DNA of 64,000 nucleotides from Laetmonice hystrix (taxonomy: Eukaryota). Of this stretch, positions 26,125-38,699 are shown piece after piece. The notes beneath the pieces were generated by a model. The model saw only the letters and a list, made by a program, of their open reading frames with translations. It was not told the DNA's origin and ran no database searches. The position numbers were made by a program, and so were the translations under genes. The stretch is taken from assembly GCA_965235115.1 (NCBI GenBank), contig OZ249442.1, forward strand, positions 6,944,001-7,008,000. Reading direction: 5' to 3'. The stretch's first letter is position 1. Each line of letters opens with the position of its first letter.

Positions 26125-26832
26125 CAAGTAATCAAAACAGTTGTCATTAGTAGGCTTTGTGTCATAGATAAGTAATCAAAACAGTTGTCATTAGTGGACT
26201 TTGTGTCATAGACAAGTAATTAAAACAGTTGTCATTAGTAGGCTTTGTGTCATAGACAAGTAATCAAAACAGTTGTCATTAGTGGGCTTTGTGTCATAGA
26301 CAAGTAATCAAAATGTCATTATAGTAGGCTTTGTGTCATAGATAAGTAATCAAAACAGTTGTCATTAGTGGACTTTGTGTCATAGACAAGTAATCAAAAC
26401 AGTTGTCATTAGTAGGCTTTGTGTCATAGACAAGTAATCAAAACAGTTGTCATTAGTAGGCTTTGTGTCATAGACAAGTAATCAAAACAGTTGTCATTAG
26501 TAGGCTTTGTGTCATAGACAAGTAATCAAAACAGTTGTCATTAGTAGGCTTTGTGTCGTGGACAAGTAATCAAAACAGTTGTCATTAGTAGGCTTTGTGT
26601 CATAGACAAGTAATCAAAACAGTTGTCATTAGTAGGCTTTGTGTCATAGACAAGTAATCAAAACAGTTGTCATTAGTAGGCTTTGTGTCATAGACAAGTA
26701 ATCAAAACAGTTGTCATTAGTGGGCTTTGTGTTATAGACAAGTAATCAAAACAGCTGTCATTAGTGGGCTTTGTGTTATAGGCAAGTAATCAAAACAGTT
26801 GTCATTAGTAGGCTTTGTGTCGTAGACAGGTA
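26125..26832. repeat. Minisatellite, 44-bp unit (ACAAGTAATCAAAACAGTTGTCATTAGTAGGCTTTGTGTCATAG), ~16 copies
   Basis: Direct tandem repetition. Confidence 0.96.
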
Positions 26833-27354
26833 AGATAATAATATTATGTCGGCACTCTTCACGTAAATCACAACCCTCCTGCAGTGTCTCTCCGTTCCGT
26901 CATCCTAGATGAAGATTCCAGTTTTTCCACGAACATGAAATTAACAGGAGGTACCTCTCCCTATGTAATGATGTATAAATAAGGGTCTGAAATTGTGTCG
27001 CAGCTGTTGGCTGGCATGAAGAAGAATTAGGTGTCTGTCTACCTGAATTCTAAACGTGGCTCTATTTGTTATTTATAACAGGACTGAAAGGAGCAGATGA
27101 CAAGCACCGATAGAAACTTTCATTTCCATGTAAATGAGGATCTTGTTCTGAATGCCATTTATGTAGCTAAAGTGGGTGGACGGGCGCAGCTGGAACTTAA
27201 GCTGTGTACATGTATATATTTATTACTCGGTGACTCCTGCCGAATTATCCCTGCGGGCGGCAGGAGTTGGAGATGAACGTCACTATAGGACATGTCTTTA
27301 TTTATTATTTTATGAAATAAATCTAAACCTTCATCTTCCTCCGACTGGTCTGGG

Positions 27355-27660
27355 CTTCTATCGACCACAAAGTTGATATAACTGAACATCGGTCAGATGT
27401 TCTATCGACCACAAAGTTGATATAACAGAACATCGGTCAGATGTTCTATCGACCACAAAGTTAATATAACAGAACATTGCTCAGATGTTCTATCGACCAG
27501 AAAGTTGATATAACAGAACATCGGTCAGATGTTCTATCGACCACAAAGTTAATATAACAGAACATTGCTCAGATGTTCTATCGACCACAAAGTTGATATA
27601 ACTGAACATCGGTCAGATGTTCTATCGATCAGAAAGTTGATATAAAAGAACATCGGTCAG
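27355..27660. repeat. Minisatellite, 44-bp unit (TTCTATCGACCACAAAGTTGATATAACAGAACATCGGTCAGATG), ~7 copies
   Basis: Direct tandem repetition. Confidence 0.95.
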
Positions 27661-28890
27661 GCTGACCGAGGTTGGACTGGCTGTGGGTGCGGGGTGTCGG
27701 AGGGTCCAGGCTGGCTGAGGTTGGACTGGCTGTGGGTGCGGGGTTGTAGGGTCGGAGGGTCCAGGCTGGCCGAGGTTGGCCTGGCTGTGGGTGCGGGGTG
27801 TCGGAGGGTCCAGGCTGGCCGAGGTTGGCCTGGCTGAGGGTGCGGGGTTGTAGGGTCGGAGGGTCCAGGCTGGCCGAGGTTGGACTGGCTGTGGGTGCGG
27901 GGTGTCGGAGGGTCCAGGCTGGCCGAGGTTGGACTGGCTGTGGGTGCGGGGTTTAGGGCGGAGGGCCCAGACTGGCCGAGGTTGGACTGGCTGTGGGTGC
28001 GGGGTTGTAGGGTCGGAGGGCCCAGGCTGGCTGAGGTTGGACTGGCTGTGGGTGCGGGGTTGTAGGGTCGGAGGGTCCAGGCTGGCCGAGGTTGGACTGG
28101 CTGTGGGTGCGGGGTTGTAGGGTCGGAGGGTCCAGGCTGGCCGAGGTTGGACTGGCTGTGGGTGCGGGGTTGTAGGGTCGGAGGGTCCAGGCTGGCCGAG
28201 GTTGGACTGGCTGTGGGTGCGGGGTTTAGGGCGGAGGGCCCAGACTGGCCGAGGTTGGACTGGCTGTGGGTGCGGGGTTGTAGGGTCGGAGGGTCCAGGC
28301 TGGCCGAGGTTGGACTGGCTGTGGGTGCGGGGTTGTAGGGTCGGAGGGTCCAGGCTGGCCGAGGTTGGACTGGCTGTGGGTGCGGGGTTTAGGGCGGAGG
28401 GCCCAGACTGGCCGAGGTTGGACTGGCTGTGGGTGCGGGGTTGTAGGGTCGGAGGGTCCAGGCTGGCCGAGGTTGGACTGGCTGTGGGTGCGGGGTTGTA
28501 GGGTCGGAGGGTCCAGGCTGGCCGAGGTTGGACTGGCTGTGGGTGCGGGGTTGTAGGGTCGGAGGGTCCAGGCTGGCCGAGGTTGGACTGGCTGTGGGTG
28601 CGGGGTTGTAGGGTCGGAGGGTCCAGGCTGGCTGAGGTTGGACTGGCTGTGGGTGCGGGGTTGTAGGGTCGGAGGGTCCAGGCTGGCTGAGGTTGGACTG
28701 GCTGTGGGTGCGGGGTTGTAGGGTCGAAGGGTCCAGGCTGGCCGAGGTTGGACTGGCTGTGGGTGCGGGGTGTCGGAGGGTCCAGGCTGGCCGAGGTTGG
28801 ACTGGCTGTGGGTGCGGGGTTGTAGGGTCGGAGGGTCCAGGCTGGCCGAGGTTGGACTGGCTGTGGGTGCGGGGTGTCGGAGGGCCCAGG
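27661..28890. repeat. G-rich minisatellite, 55-bp unit with shorter variants, ~23 copies
   Basis: Period 55 (28441 to 28496). Confidence 0.96.
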
Positions 28891-29084
28891 TTGTGCACAG
28901 TCAGGCGAGTATTGCAGGCAGGCGTGGCAGCCAGTCCTTGCGTCACATGTGGCTCGAGCTGGGTTGATTCCTCTTGTGGCATGGTGGCAGTTCAACCACC
29001 TGCACACTGACAAGTGTCATTACCTCACCAGCAAACAGCTACAAATCACCGGGCAAGCGTGCTCCTCACTCGCTGTCAGTGGCT

Positions 29085-29860
29085 CACAACCAACAACTGT
29101 TCAACCACTGGTGGCCGGGCAGCAGGTCACAACTGGTCAATCACTGGTGGCCGGGCAGCAGGTCACAACCGTCACTGGTCAACCACTGGTGGCCAGGCAG
29201 CAGGTCACAACCAACAACTGGTCAACCACTGGTGGCCGGGCAGCAGGTCACAACAACTGGTCAACCACTGGTGGCCGGGCAGCAGGTCACAACTGGTCAA
29301 CCACTGGTGGCCGGGCAGCAGGTCACAACAACTGGTCAACCACTGGTGGCCGGGCAGCAGGTCACAACCGTCACTGGTCAACCACTGGTGGCCAGGCAGC
29401 AGGTCACAACAACTGGTGAACCACTGGTGGCCGGGCAGCAGGTCACAACTGGTCAACCACTGGTGGCCGGGCAGCAGGTCACAACCGTCACTGGTCAACC
29501 ACTGGTGGCCAGGCAGCAGGTCACAACAACTGGTCAACCACTGGTGGCCAGGCAGCAGGTCACAACAACTGGTCAACCACTGGTGGCCGGGCAGCAGGTC
29601 ACAACAACTGGTCAACCACTGGTGGCCGGGCAGCAGGTCACAACCAACAACTGGTCAACCACTGGTGGCCGGGCAGCAGGTCACAACCAACAACTGGTCA
29701 ACCACTGGTGGCCGGGCAGCAGGTCACAACCTTCCCTGATCAACCACTGGTGGCCGGGCAGCAGGTCACAACAACTGGTCAACCACTGGTGGCCGGGCAG
29801 CAGGTCACAACCAACAACTGGTCAACCACTGGTGGCCGGGCAGCAGGTCACAACCAACAA
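29085..29860. repeat. Minisatellite, 36-43-bp unit (CAACTGGTCAACCACTGGTGGCCGGGCAGCAGGTCACAA), ~19 copies
   Basis: Tandem repetition with a variable linker. Confidence 0.95.
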
Positions 29861-29959
29861 TAGGAAATGATTGTTGAGCTTATAATTTTGTATCACGTAA
29901 TTCACGATTACCGCACTTGGAGTTCCTACTTTCTGAAAGCCCATGTGGCTGTTGTCTTT

Positions 29960-30305
29960 GAAATCTAGATTAAATGGCCACCTAATGTTCACCTATCTCT
30001 AATTCAAATTCAAATGCCCCGTATCTCTAATCTAGATCAAATGCCGCAACTATCTCTAAAATCAAATGTCCCCCTATATCTAAATCTAATTAAATGTCCA
30101 CCTATCTCTAAATCTAATCAAATGTCCACCTATATCTAAATCTAAATCTAGATCGAATGTCCACCTATATCTAAATCTAGATAAAATCTCCACCTATATC
30201 TAAATCTAAATCTAATGCCCACCTATCTCTAAATCTAGATCAAAACCACCTATCTCTAATCTAGCTCAATTGACCACCTATATCTAAATCTAAATCTAGA
30301 TCAAA
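29960..30305. repeat. Degenerate low-complexity repeat (TCTAAATCTA / CCACCTATATC)
   Basis: Recurrent short motifs. Confidence 0.8.
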
Positions 30306-30376
30306 ATTTCATGTCCCCCTATCTCGATCTCTCCGGAGCCATAATGTAAGTACAACTGTGGGTTCCAGGGTAGAAC

Positions 30377-30492
30377 CTGCAGGGCTGGGAGTGTGGGGGT
30401 GGGGCAGCCCTGACCCCTCTGGCTGGGGGTGGGAGGGGGCACACCGGCCAGGGCCTTCAAGGCGTGGCGGCCGAGGGGCCACAGTTGCAGCG
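30377..30492 (-). CDS. Candidate exon (ALQLWPLGRHALKALAGVPPPTPSQR...); donor uncertain (30415 or 30377)
   Basis: gatttcag| acceptor; phase 1 fits the 33013-33098 exon. Confidence 0.35.
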
Positions 30493-31033
30493 CTGAAATC
30501 CAATTCATTGGTTTAACAGGATTTCCTGATCAGTCGTCACTCATCCCCCTCTATTTATTTTATGAGATTATGATTTTGTGTCGGAGGCTATGACTAGAGC
30601 AATTTAATCTGGACCACCACTCTGGCCATCCATTGTGGCCATGGTACATTTCCCCGTGGAGTTCCGATTCGCGCCGCCGGTGCATTATGTAATTACGTTG
30701 TCGGGGGCAACACCTGGGATCCTGTGTGGACCTTTCAGTTGTGACCTCTCAATGACAGAGGAGGGCGCCACCGGTTGCTAGGGAACCACCTCCACAAACT
30801 CTGCTTATAGCAAAGCATCTCTTCCAATTCAACCATGGGTAAGGATCGTTGGGCGCCGTTATAAATATTATCGTGAGGTTTAAAATGATGTATATATCGA
30901 ACATAATTGAAGATAATGTTGAGGATTATCATTTCGTATACATTACATGCCAGGCAGCGACTTATAAAATGTAATTAACGTATTCTTGGACAGAGACCCT
31001 TCAAAACATCAACTGTTATTTTGGTTTGGTGCT

Positions 31034-31259
31034 CACCTTGAGCAAGGGTGAGCGGAGCTGAGCAAGGGTGAGCGGAGCTGAGCAAGGGTGAGCGGAGCTG
31101 AGCAAGGGTGAGCATAAGCTCATGCTCACCGTTTCGTTTTTTGGTGTGTTTATTTCTCCGTGAGACGTGCTCACGTTAAGAAAGTTTACGGGGGAAAACG
31201 AAAACGGTGAGCATGAGCTCATGGTCCTTGCCCAGCTCCGCTCACCCTTGCTCAGGGTG
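31034..31259. mobile_element. MITE-like foldback with ~60-bp inverted arms
   Basis: Arm TGAGCAAGGGTGAGCGGAGCTG...GCTCATGCTCACCGTTTCGTTTT is inverted at 31195-31254; no TSD seen. Confidence 0.65.
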
Positions 31260-31275
31260 GAAAAGTAACCCGAAA

Positions 31276-31376
31276 AACCGGGCCCTGGTCGCCGTGTAGG
31301 TAACCGGGCCCTGGTCGCCGTGTAGGTAACCGGGCCCTGGTCGCCGTGTTAGGTAACCGGGCCCTGGTCGCCGTGA
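31276..31376. repeat. 26-bp unit x4 (AACCGGGCCCTGGTCGCCGTGTAGGT)
   Basis: Direct repetition. Confidence 0.9.
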
Positions 31377-33012
31377 AGATGACATTAGTGGCCGGCATGG
31401 CATTAAACCACCAACTCTTACTGCGGGCTGGGCTGGGCTGGGCTGGGCTGGGCTGCTCCAGCTGAGCTTAGCTCAACGCAGCGCAGCGCAGCGCAGCGCA
31501 GCTAAGCTCTGCCCAACTGAACAGTGAAGCATATCAGTGGTTTGGGTTCCAATGGCAAAGGCTTCGACAGTTAAGTGGTGCCATCGTATTCAAACTTTGT
31601 AGAACATGCGTTATATCTCATAGCAAACTTTGGTCTTTATGATCTTGATGGTCTTTCTTTAAGAAAGGGACCCAGGCAAGAAACTGCTCATATATGACAA
31701 ATAATAGATCAACAAAAACGGGAAACGATAGGTTTTCATAGCAGAGTTCAAAGCTCACGTTTTCCCATTTTTTTAGTTTTTTTTTTATCCTTGCAACATC
31801 CATCAGTACGTTCTGTGAATCACATTTCAAGGGGAAAACACAAACATACACAGAAAACACGTACGTTACTGTTAGTGCAAGAACAAAGATCTAAAAAACT
31901 AGGCACCATTCAGTGAAGAAATGAAATGTGCGGTTCAGAGTAAAGGCCACTCAAGTAGTCTGCAGCCCTAAGTGGGCAGAATGAATGTGCCTGGGGGCCA
32001 ATCAGTGCTCATTATCAGGCGGGGAGCGATGGCTGCGCTGATTGTAGGCTGCTTGTACAAATTATTTCCCTTGTAAAACCCCTTCAATGTAGTATACAAA
32101 TCATCATCTAGATCAAAAGCTGCAGCTTAGTGATCCAGTGTGCTGACAACACCATTTCCCACGGCGGAAAAATGTGGCGCTCTTCCTTCCACAACTTCCA
32201 CCGCACCCAGCCTTGATATTTCCCGCTTAAGGCAATGGAGGAAAATTGAAGAAAACGTAGGAAGGGCATCCATAACCTCGCCTACAACAGAGCCGAGGTC
32301 CATCTGTTTGCGCAGTGGGTATAGGCATGCTTTCTATGCATCTGGCTGGGGCATGCCTGGCAATAATGGGAATTCTTTTACAGTGTTCGTTTTGTTATTG
32401 TGATCATGTCCTGTTGAACACCTGCGCTAGGGGCGGACTGGTCAGTCGTGACAAATGGCCAGCCACCTGCGGAAAACAGAAGCTTTGATTTAATATCTTT
32501 GTAAAGTGTAGAGTTTGTGGGTTGGCCAATCCGAAGTAGTGAAGGATTACACATGACAGTTTTCTTGAGTGTTAACCAGAAGCAGACTGATAGCTTAGAG
32601 TCATTGCATCATTCGGTATGCCACATGGCTGAGGGTGGGTATAAATCAAGAGGTACACATATCGACAACACCAAATTTAACTGACTCTCTCTCTCTGCTC
32701 TCTGCATCTAAGTCTTACATCAGTTCTATATTATTCATGATCCCTTTATTATGAGCAACCCTAAGCAAGTGTTCTGAACGCGCAGTAATGGCATGGCAGG
32801 GAGGAACTTTTTAAAGCTGACAGTATTGCAGAGACCGCGTCAACACAAAGAGACAACTGACCTTTATGGGCAGTCTTGGTTGCATCATAGAAAACAGGGA
32901 TCTTGCTTGTTTCCCAACTCCTTCCTCTTTCCTTCAGAGAGGGAGTTTACCTTTGTGGAAATTTGTTGGCCTCCCTTGTTGAGCTGACACTCACTGCCCC
33001 TCGGCCTGACAC

Positions 33013-33098
33013 CTGCACGGTGACAGGAAACAGGCCAAATGGACCCTCTGACCCATGAACTTTCCATAATCAGATACTCCAACAATTCAACCAGTTCA
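33013..33098 (-). CDS. Candidate exon (ELVELLEYLIMESSWVRGSIWPVSCHRA)
   Basis: Phase 2-1 links the 33471 and 30492 exons; splice sites modest; a + strand alternative (EGVYLCGNLLASLVELTL, from 32938) overlaps it. Confidence 0.35.
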
Positions 33099-33151
33099 CT
33101 TGGCATTTATTGAGGATGTAACAAATGGTGATGTCGACAGGCGGTGGCTAG

Positions 33152-33403
33152 CTGGACTCGTACACTGGGGAGACGTCAGCCGGACTCGTACACTGGGGAG
33201 ACGTCAGCCGGACTCGTACACTGGGGAGACGTCAGCCGGACTCGTACACTGGGGAGACGTCAGCCGGACTCGTACACTGGGGAGACGTCAGCCGGACTCG
33301 TACACTGGGGAGACGTCAGCCGGACTCGTACACTGGGGAGACGTCAGCCGGACTCGTACACTGGGGAGACGTCAGCCGGACTCGTACACTGGGGAGACGT
33401 CAG
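33152..33403. repeat. Minisatellite, 28-bp unit (GTCAGCCGGACTCGTACACTGGGGAGAC), ~9 copies
   Basis: Internal copies identical. Confidence 0.97.
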
Positions 33404-33470
33404 TGATGGTGAAGGTGGGGTGAGGGTGACCGGGGTGGGGGTTCGTACCCCTTCCACTGGGCTGACTTAC

Positions 33471-33502
33471 ATCATGAAGGGCTGGATGAGGGATTGAATG
33501 AC
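33471..33502 (-). CDS. Candidate 32-nt exon (VIQSLIQPFM)
   Basis: gagtacag| acceptor, AT|gtaagt donor, phase 0-2. Confidence 0.4.
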
Positions 33503-33874
33503 CTGTACTCGTGCAAACTATTACCTGTAAACGCCTTTTGATTGAAACAAGAATTCAGTCAGGATTTGTAGACTCTAGTCAACTGGCGATTGTCACGATG
33601 CGGGATTGACATGTGCCTATTGTTAGAGAATGGCCACCACATTACGGACGATTCTTAATGCGATTATCACGATTTTAATTACTGAATTGTATTCAGACGG
33701 CACTCTCCGATGTCTGGAGGGTGGCTGTGTGTGATCATGTGACACCTCAATCAATCATATCTGTCACATGACTTGTCATCCTGTCACTACGTCTTCACCT
33801 TCACTCTTATTAACGTCACAGACCACGTGACCCTTCACCCAACGGAGGGGTAGCAATTTCTCTCAAATTGTTCC

Positions 33875-34045
33875 ACCTGATTATGTTCCCTTGATTATGT
33901 TCCCCCTAATTATGTTCCCCTGATTATGTTCCCATGATTATGTTCCACCTGATTATGTTCCCCCTGATTATGTTCCCCCTGATTATGTTCTACCTAATTA
34001 TGTTCCCCCTGATTTTCCACCTGATTATGTTCCACCTGATTATGT
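33875..34045. repeat. 14-15-bp tandem repeat (CTGATTATGTTCCCC)
   Basis: Direct repetition. Confidence 0.9.
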
Positions 34046-34404
34046 CGGTCTGTTCGAGTATTGTCCGAGTATATTGTTAGCGTGTTTTCACCATGAAGAT
34101 CGCCTTGACTGCCGACCAGCAACCACTCGCACCTAAACTCCCATTTCTATATCCTACTCACAGAAGAGTTCAAGCTGTGTCATAGCAGGGTCAGGCCGTG
34201 ATAGTTTAGGCGGTACAAGCCCCCGCAGTTTCGAAATCAGTCTCTAAATGTGATCAATATATCATTATGGGTACGGAACATCGATGATATTTGGTAACTT
34301 TAATTATAGCTTATTTCACTCACAGGGCGCCTATTGTTTATTCTATTATAATTTCCTCCTGAAAATGGGGTATTTGAGAGCCCTATTACTCAGAAAGAGG
34401 GCGT

Positions 34405-37091
34405 GTAGAAGGTGTGAGATGTTTGTGGAGAGAGATCCAAGCTGAGATAGCGAGCCGTGATGTGTCAGAGAGTGTGTACAGGGTGTAAGATGTTTGTGGA
34501 GAGAGATCCAAGCTGAGATAGCGAGCCGTGATGTGTCAGAGGGTGTGTACAGGGTGTGAGATGTTTGTGGAGAGAGATCCAAGCTGAGATAGCGAGCCGT
34601 GATGTGTCAGAGAGTGTGTACAGGGTGTGAGATGTTTGTGGAGAGAGATCCAAGCTGAGATAGCGAGCCGTGATGTGTCAGAAAGTGTGTACAGGGTGTG
34701 AGATGTTTGTGGAGAGAGATCCAAGCTGAGATAGCGAGCCGTGATGTGTCAGAGAGTGTGTACAGGGTGTGAGATGTTTGTGAAGAGAGATCCAAGCTGA
34801 GATAGCGAGCCGTGATGTGTCAGAGAGTGTGAGATGTTTGTGGAGAGAGATCCAAGCTGAGATAGCGAGCCGTGATGTGTCAGAGAGTGTGTACAGGGTG
34901 TGAGATGTTTGTGGAGAGAGATCCAAGCTGAGATAGCGAGCCGTGATGTGTCAGAGAGTGTGTAGAGGGTGTGAGATGTTTGTGGAGAGAGATCCAAGCT
35001 GAGATAGCGAGCCGTGATGTGTCAGGGAGTGTGTACAGGGTGTGAGATGTTTGTGGAGAGAGATCCAAGCTGAGATAGCGAGCCGTGATGTGTCAGAGAG
35101 TGTGTAGAGGGTGTGAGATGTTTGTGGAGAGAGATCCAAGCTGAGATAGCGAGCCGTGATGTGTCAGAGGGTGTGAGATGTTTGTGGAGAGAGATCCAAG
35201 CTGAGATAGCGAGACGTGATGTGTCAGAGAGTGTGTAGAGGGTGTGAGATGTTTGTGGAGAGAGATCCAAGCTGAGATAGTGAGCCGTGATGTGTCAGAG
35301 AGTGTGTACAGGGTGTGAGATGTTTGTGGAGAGAGATCCAAGCTGAGATGACGAGCCGTGATGTGTCAGAGGGTGTGTACAGGGTGTGAGATGTTTGTGG
35401 AGAGAGATCCAAGCTGAGATAGCGAGCCGTGATGTGTCAGAGAGTGTGTACAGGGTGTGAGATGTTTGTGGAGAGAGATCCAAGCTGAGATGGCGGGCCG
35501 TGATGTGTCAGAGGGTGTGAGATGTTTGTGGAGAGAGATCCAAGCTGAGATAGCGAGCCGTGATGTGTCAGAGAGTGTGTAGAGGGTGTGAGATGTTTGT
35601 GGAGAGAGATCCAAGCTGAGATAGCGAGCCGTGATGTGTCAGAAGGTGTGAGATGTTTGTGGAGAGAGATCCAAGCTGAGATAGCGAGCCGTGATGTGTC
35701 AGAGAGTGTGAGATCCAAGCTGAGATAGCGAGCCGTGATGTGTCAGAGAGTGTGTACAGGGTGTGAGATGTTTGTGGAGAGAGATCCAAGCTGAGATAGC
35801 GAGCCGTAATGTGTCAGAGAGTGTGTACAGGGTGTGAGATGTTTGTGGAGAGAGATCCAAGCTGAGATAGCGAGCCGTGATGTGTCAGAGAGTGTGTACA
35901 GGGTGTGAGATGTTTGTGGAGAGAGATCCAAGCTGAGATGGCGAGCCGTGATGTGTCAGAGAGTGTGTACAGGGTGTGAGATGTTTGTGGAGAGAGATCC
36001 AAGCTGAGATGACGAGCCGCGATGTGTCAGAGGGTGTGTACAGGGTGTGAGATGTTTGTGGAGAGAGATCTAAGCTGAGATAGCGAGCCGTGATGTGTCA
36101 GAGAGTGTGTACAGGGTGTGAGATGTTTGTGGAGAGAGATCCAAGCTGAGATGACGAGCCGCGATGTGTCAGAGGGTGTGTACAGGGTGTGAGATGTTTG
36201 TGGAGAGAGATCCAAGCTGAGATAGCGAGCCGTGATGTGTCAGAGAGTGTGTACAGGGTGTGAGATGTTTGTGGAGAGAGATCCAAGCTGAGATGACGAG
36301 CCGTGATGTGTCAGAGAGTGTGTAGAGGGTGTGAGATGTTTGTGGAGAGAGATCCAAGCTGAGATAGCGAGCCGTGATGTGTCAGACAGTGTGTAGAGGG
36401 TGTGAGATGTTTGTGGAGAGAGATCCAAGCTGAGATAGCGAGCCGTGATGTGTCAGAGAGTGTGTACAGGGTGTGAGATGTTTGTGGAGAGAGATCCAAG
36501 CTGAGATAGCGAGCCGTGATGTGTCAGAGAGTGTGTACAGGGTGTGAGATGTTTGTGGAGAGAGATCCAAGCTGAGATAGCGAGCCGTGATGTGTCAGAG
36601 AGTGTGTACAGGGTGTGAGATGTTTGTGGAGAGAGATCCAAGCTGAGATAGCGAGCCGTGATGTGTCAGAGAGTGTGTAGAGGGTGTGAGATGTTTGTGG
36701 AGAGAGATCCAAGCTGAGATAGCGAGCCGTGATGTGTCAGAGAGTGTGTACAGGGTGTGAGATGTTTGTGGAGAGAGATCCAAGCTGAGATAGCGAGCCG
36801 TGATGTGTCAGAGAGTGTGTACAGGGTGTGAGATGTTTGTGTAGAGATCCAAGCTGAGATAGCGAGCCGTGATGTGTCAGAGAGTGTGTAGAGGGTGTGA
36901 GATGTTTGTGTAGAGATCCAAGCTGAGATAGCGAGCCGTGATGTGTCAGAGAGTGTGTACAGGGTGTGAGATGTTTGTGGAGAGAGATCCAAGCTGAGAT
37001 GGCGGGCCGTGATGTGTCAGAGAGTGTGTAGAGGGTGTGAGATGTTTGTGGAGAGAGATCCAAGCTGAGATAGCAAGCCGTGATGTGTCAC
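34405..37091. repeat. Minisatellite, 71-bp unit with 60-bp variants, ~39 copies
   Basis: ORF starts spaced 71 bp apart (34465, 34536, 34607...). Confidence 0.97.
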
Positions 37092-37163
37092 TGACAGCAG
37101 GGCCTGTGTCGAGCAGATCACATCCACAAAGTGATGAAGGAGGCACTGGGCGCTTGCAAGTCG
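37092..37163 (-). CDS. Candidate exon (RLASAQCLLHHFVDVICSTQALLS)
   Basis: ctattaccgatcctag| acceptor; weak donor TCA|gtgaca; 72 nt, phase 0-0, fits the 33502 exon. Confidence 0.4.
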
Positions 37164-38368
37164 CTAGGATCGGTAATAGACACTCTGGTTCAGGCGGCGG
37201 CTTGTGAAAAAAACGCCTGTCATTGACACCTGAGCTATTGTTACAGGTAGGGTGATTACCTGTCTCAGACAGACTTGCTACCTGAATTCTTCCAGCACTG
37301 TTATTATCTAGCAGAAGCTCCGTGTAATTTTACCCTCTATTTTACCCTCGATTCTATAGAATTGTATTTTATTTGAGGTGGTATAGCCATCTTTTTTTGG
37401 TGGGATAGCTTATACGCTGAATTGCACCATTAAGACTGATGTTTTTGATACTACTGGGTGCGGTCCCTCCTTCTGATATTCAGTGCATCTCAGTGAGATA
37501 CGTCCGTAACAAAAGGTGTAGTTTGATATCTCCTCTAAGATTGTATTTCAAGTACCATCAGATGAGGCAGGAGTGGAAGCCGCGGTGCACTTTGATCGCG
37601 AATCCTTCGACCAACGAGAATTCCTGACGTTATGGATAATAACAAATAAGTTGGATGAAACCAATAAACACGATTTGGTATAATTGAGAATTCTCCGGTC
37701 ATGGTCCTTGAAACATATACTGCAGGTCTGGCGGTGTTAGATTGCAGAGCTGTTGACGAATGCGACTTGTCTGCAGTTCGGTCGGTCATGGGGGGCGGAG
37801 ACACCTGCTCGCCCCAAGGCTTGCTGACATGGTTAATTCATACCTTTGGTGGGCCGCTCGACCGCTGGCTGGCTGGCTGCAGGGTGCCATGTGGCTCCCC
37901 ATCGATTGCTACAAGTCGGTCCCCTGACTGCCAGTTGCACCATCCTCGGGCCGTGCAATCACTGCCACGTGCAGTGGACAACCCTCGCCACCTTGCAATC
38001 TCTGTCCGCCGTCAGCTTACACGTGAGGAGGCAGGTTCACAACCATCTGGGCAAGGTGTGATGAGAATTGTGGTCAGGTGTGGTTCAGGTAGACCTGAGG
38101 GGGCTGTGGCGGGGACAGGCCCGGGTGTGTGGGTGACAGGTCGCTCTACACACAGCCACCACTGACGACAGGTAAGTGTACCCAGCTAGTCGCCACGGGA
38201 CGACCGCCATATAAACATGGCAGTCGTAAATACGGACAGTGAACACCTGCGATTGGCACGTGAGTGGTCTGACGACGACGTCTCACTGACACCTTCCTCA
38301 CCTGTCACCAACACCTGGTGTCTCACGGTGGAACTAATATTCCACGTAAAAATGATCGTAGTTTTTAC

Positions 38369-38699
38369 CCGGGAGACCTCAGGCACGCTGACCTCTCCGT
38401 TATACATGACCTCCAGGAGCGGAAGTATCCGCTGACATCATATCCGTTTCCTGTATTATTATGGGATGTATTTGAGTGTATGTCTGATGCGGACACGTTA
38501 GGTTGGACCATGAGGAGCCCTAGCATGGCTTTCATGTGGCAGTGGTGAGGGATGTGCCCTACAGGCTCTGGCTGTACGCCCACATGATATCTGACACAGC
38601 CAGGCTGTCCCCAAACGGTACCACGGACTGACGACAGCCAGGCGGCGTCTCTGCTGACAGAGAACCGCTTCATAACCATGAAACAGTAGTGTCCCAAGG
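38369..38699 (-). CDS. Candidate exon, ~110 aa (ALGHYCFMVMKRFSVSRDAAWLSSVRG...RSACLRSPG)
   Basis: ttttgtttcattcag| acceptor; frame open exactly to GG|gtaaaa donor; phase 1 fits the 43508 exon. Confidence 0.5.

Noticed and set aside
27622-29870. 463-aa Pro-rich and 241-298-aa ORFs
   Set aside because: Derived from the 55-bp and 36-43-bp units; frames rotate.
34346-37146. Dozens of 62-aa MDLSPQTSHTL ORFs as a peptide-gene cluster
   Set aside because: They are one 71-bp unit read across successive copies.
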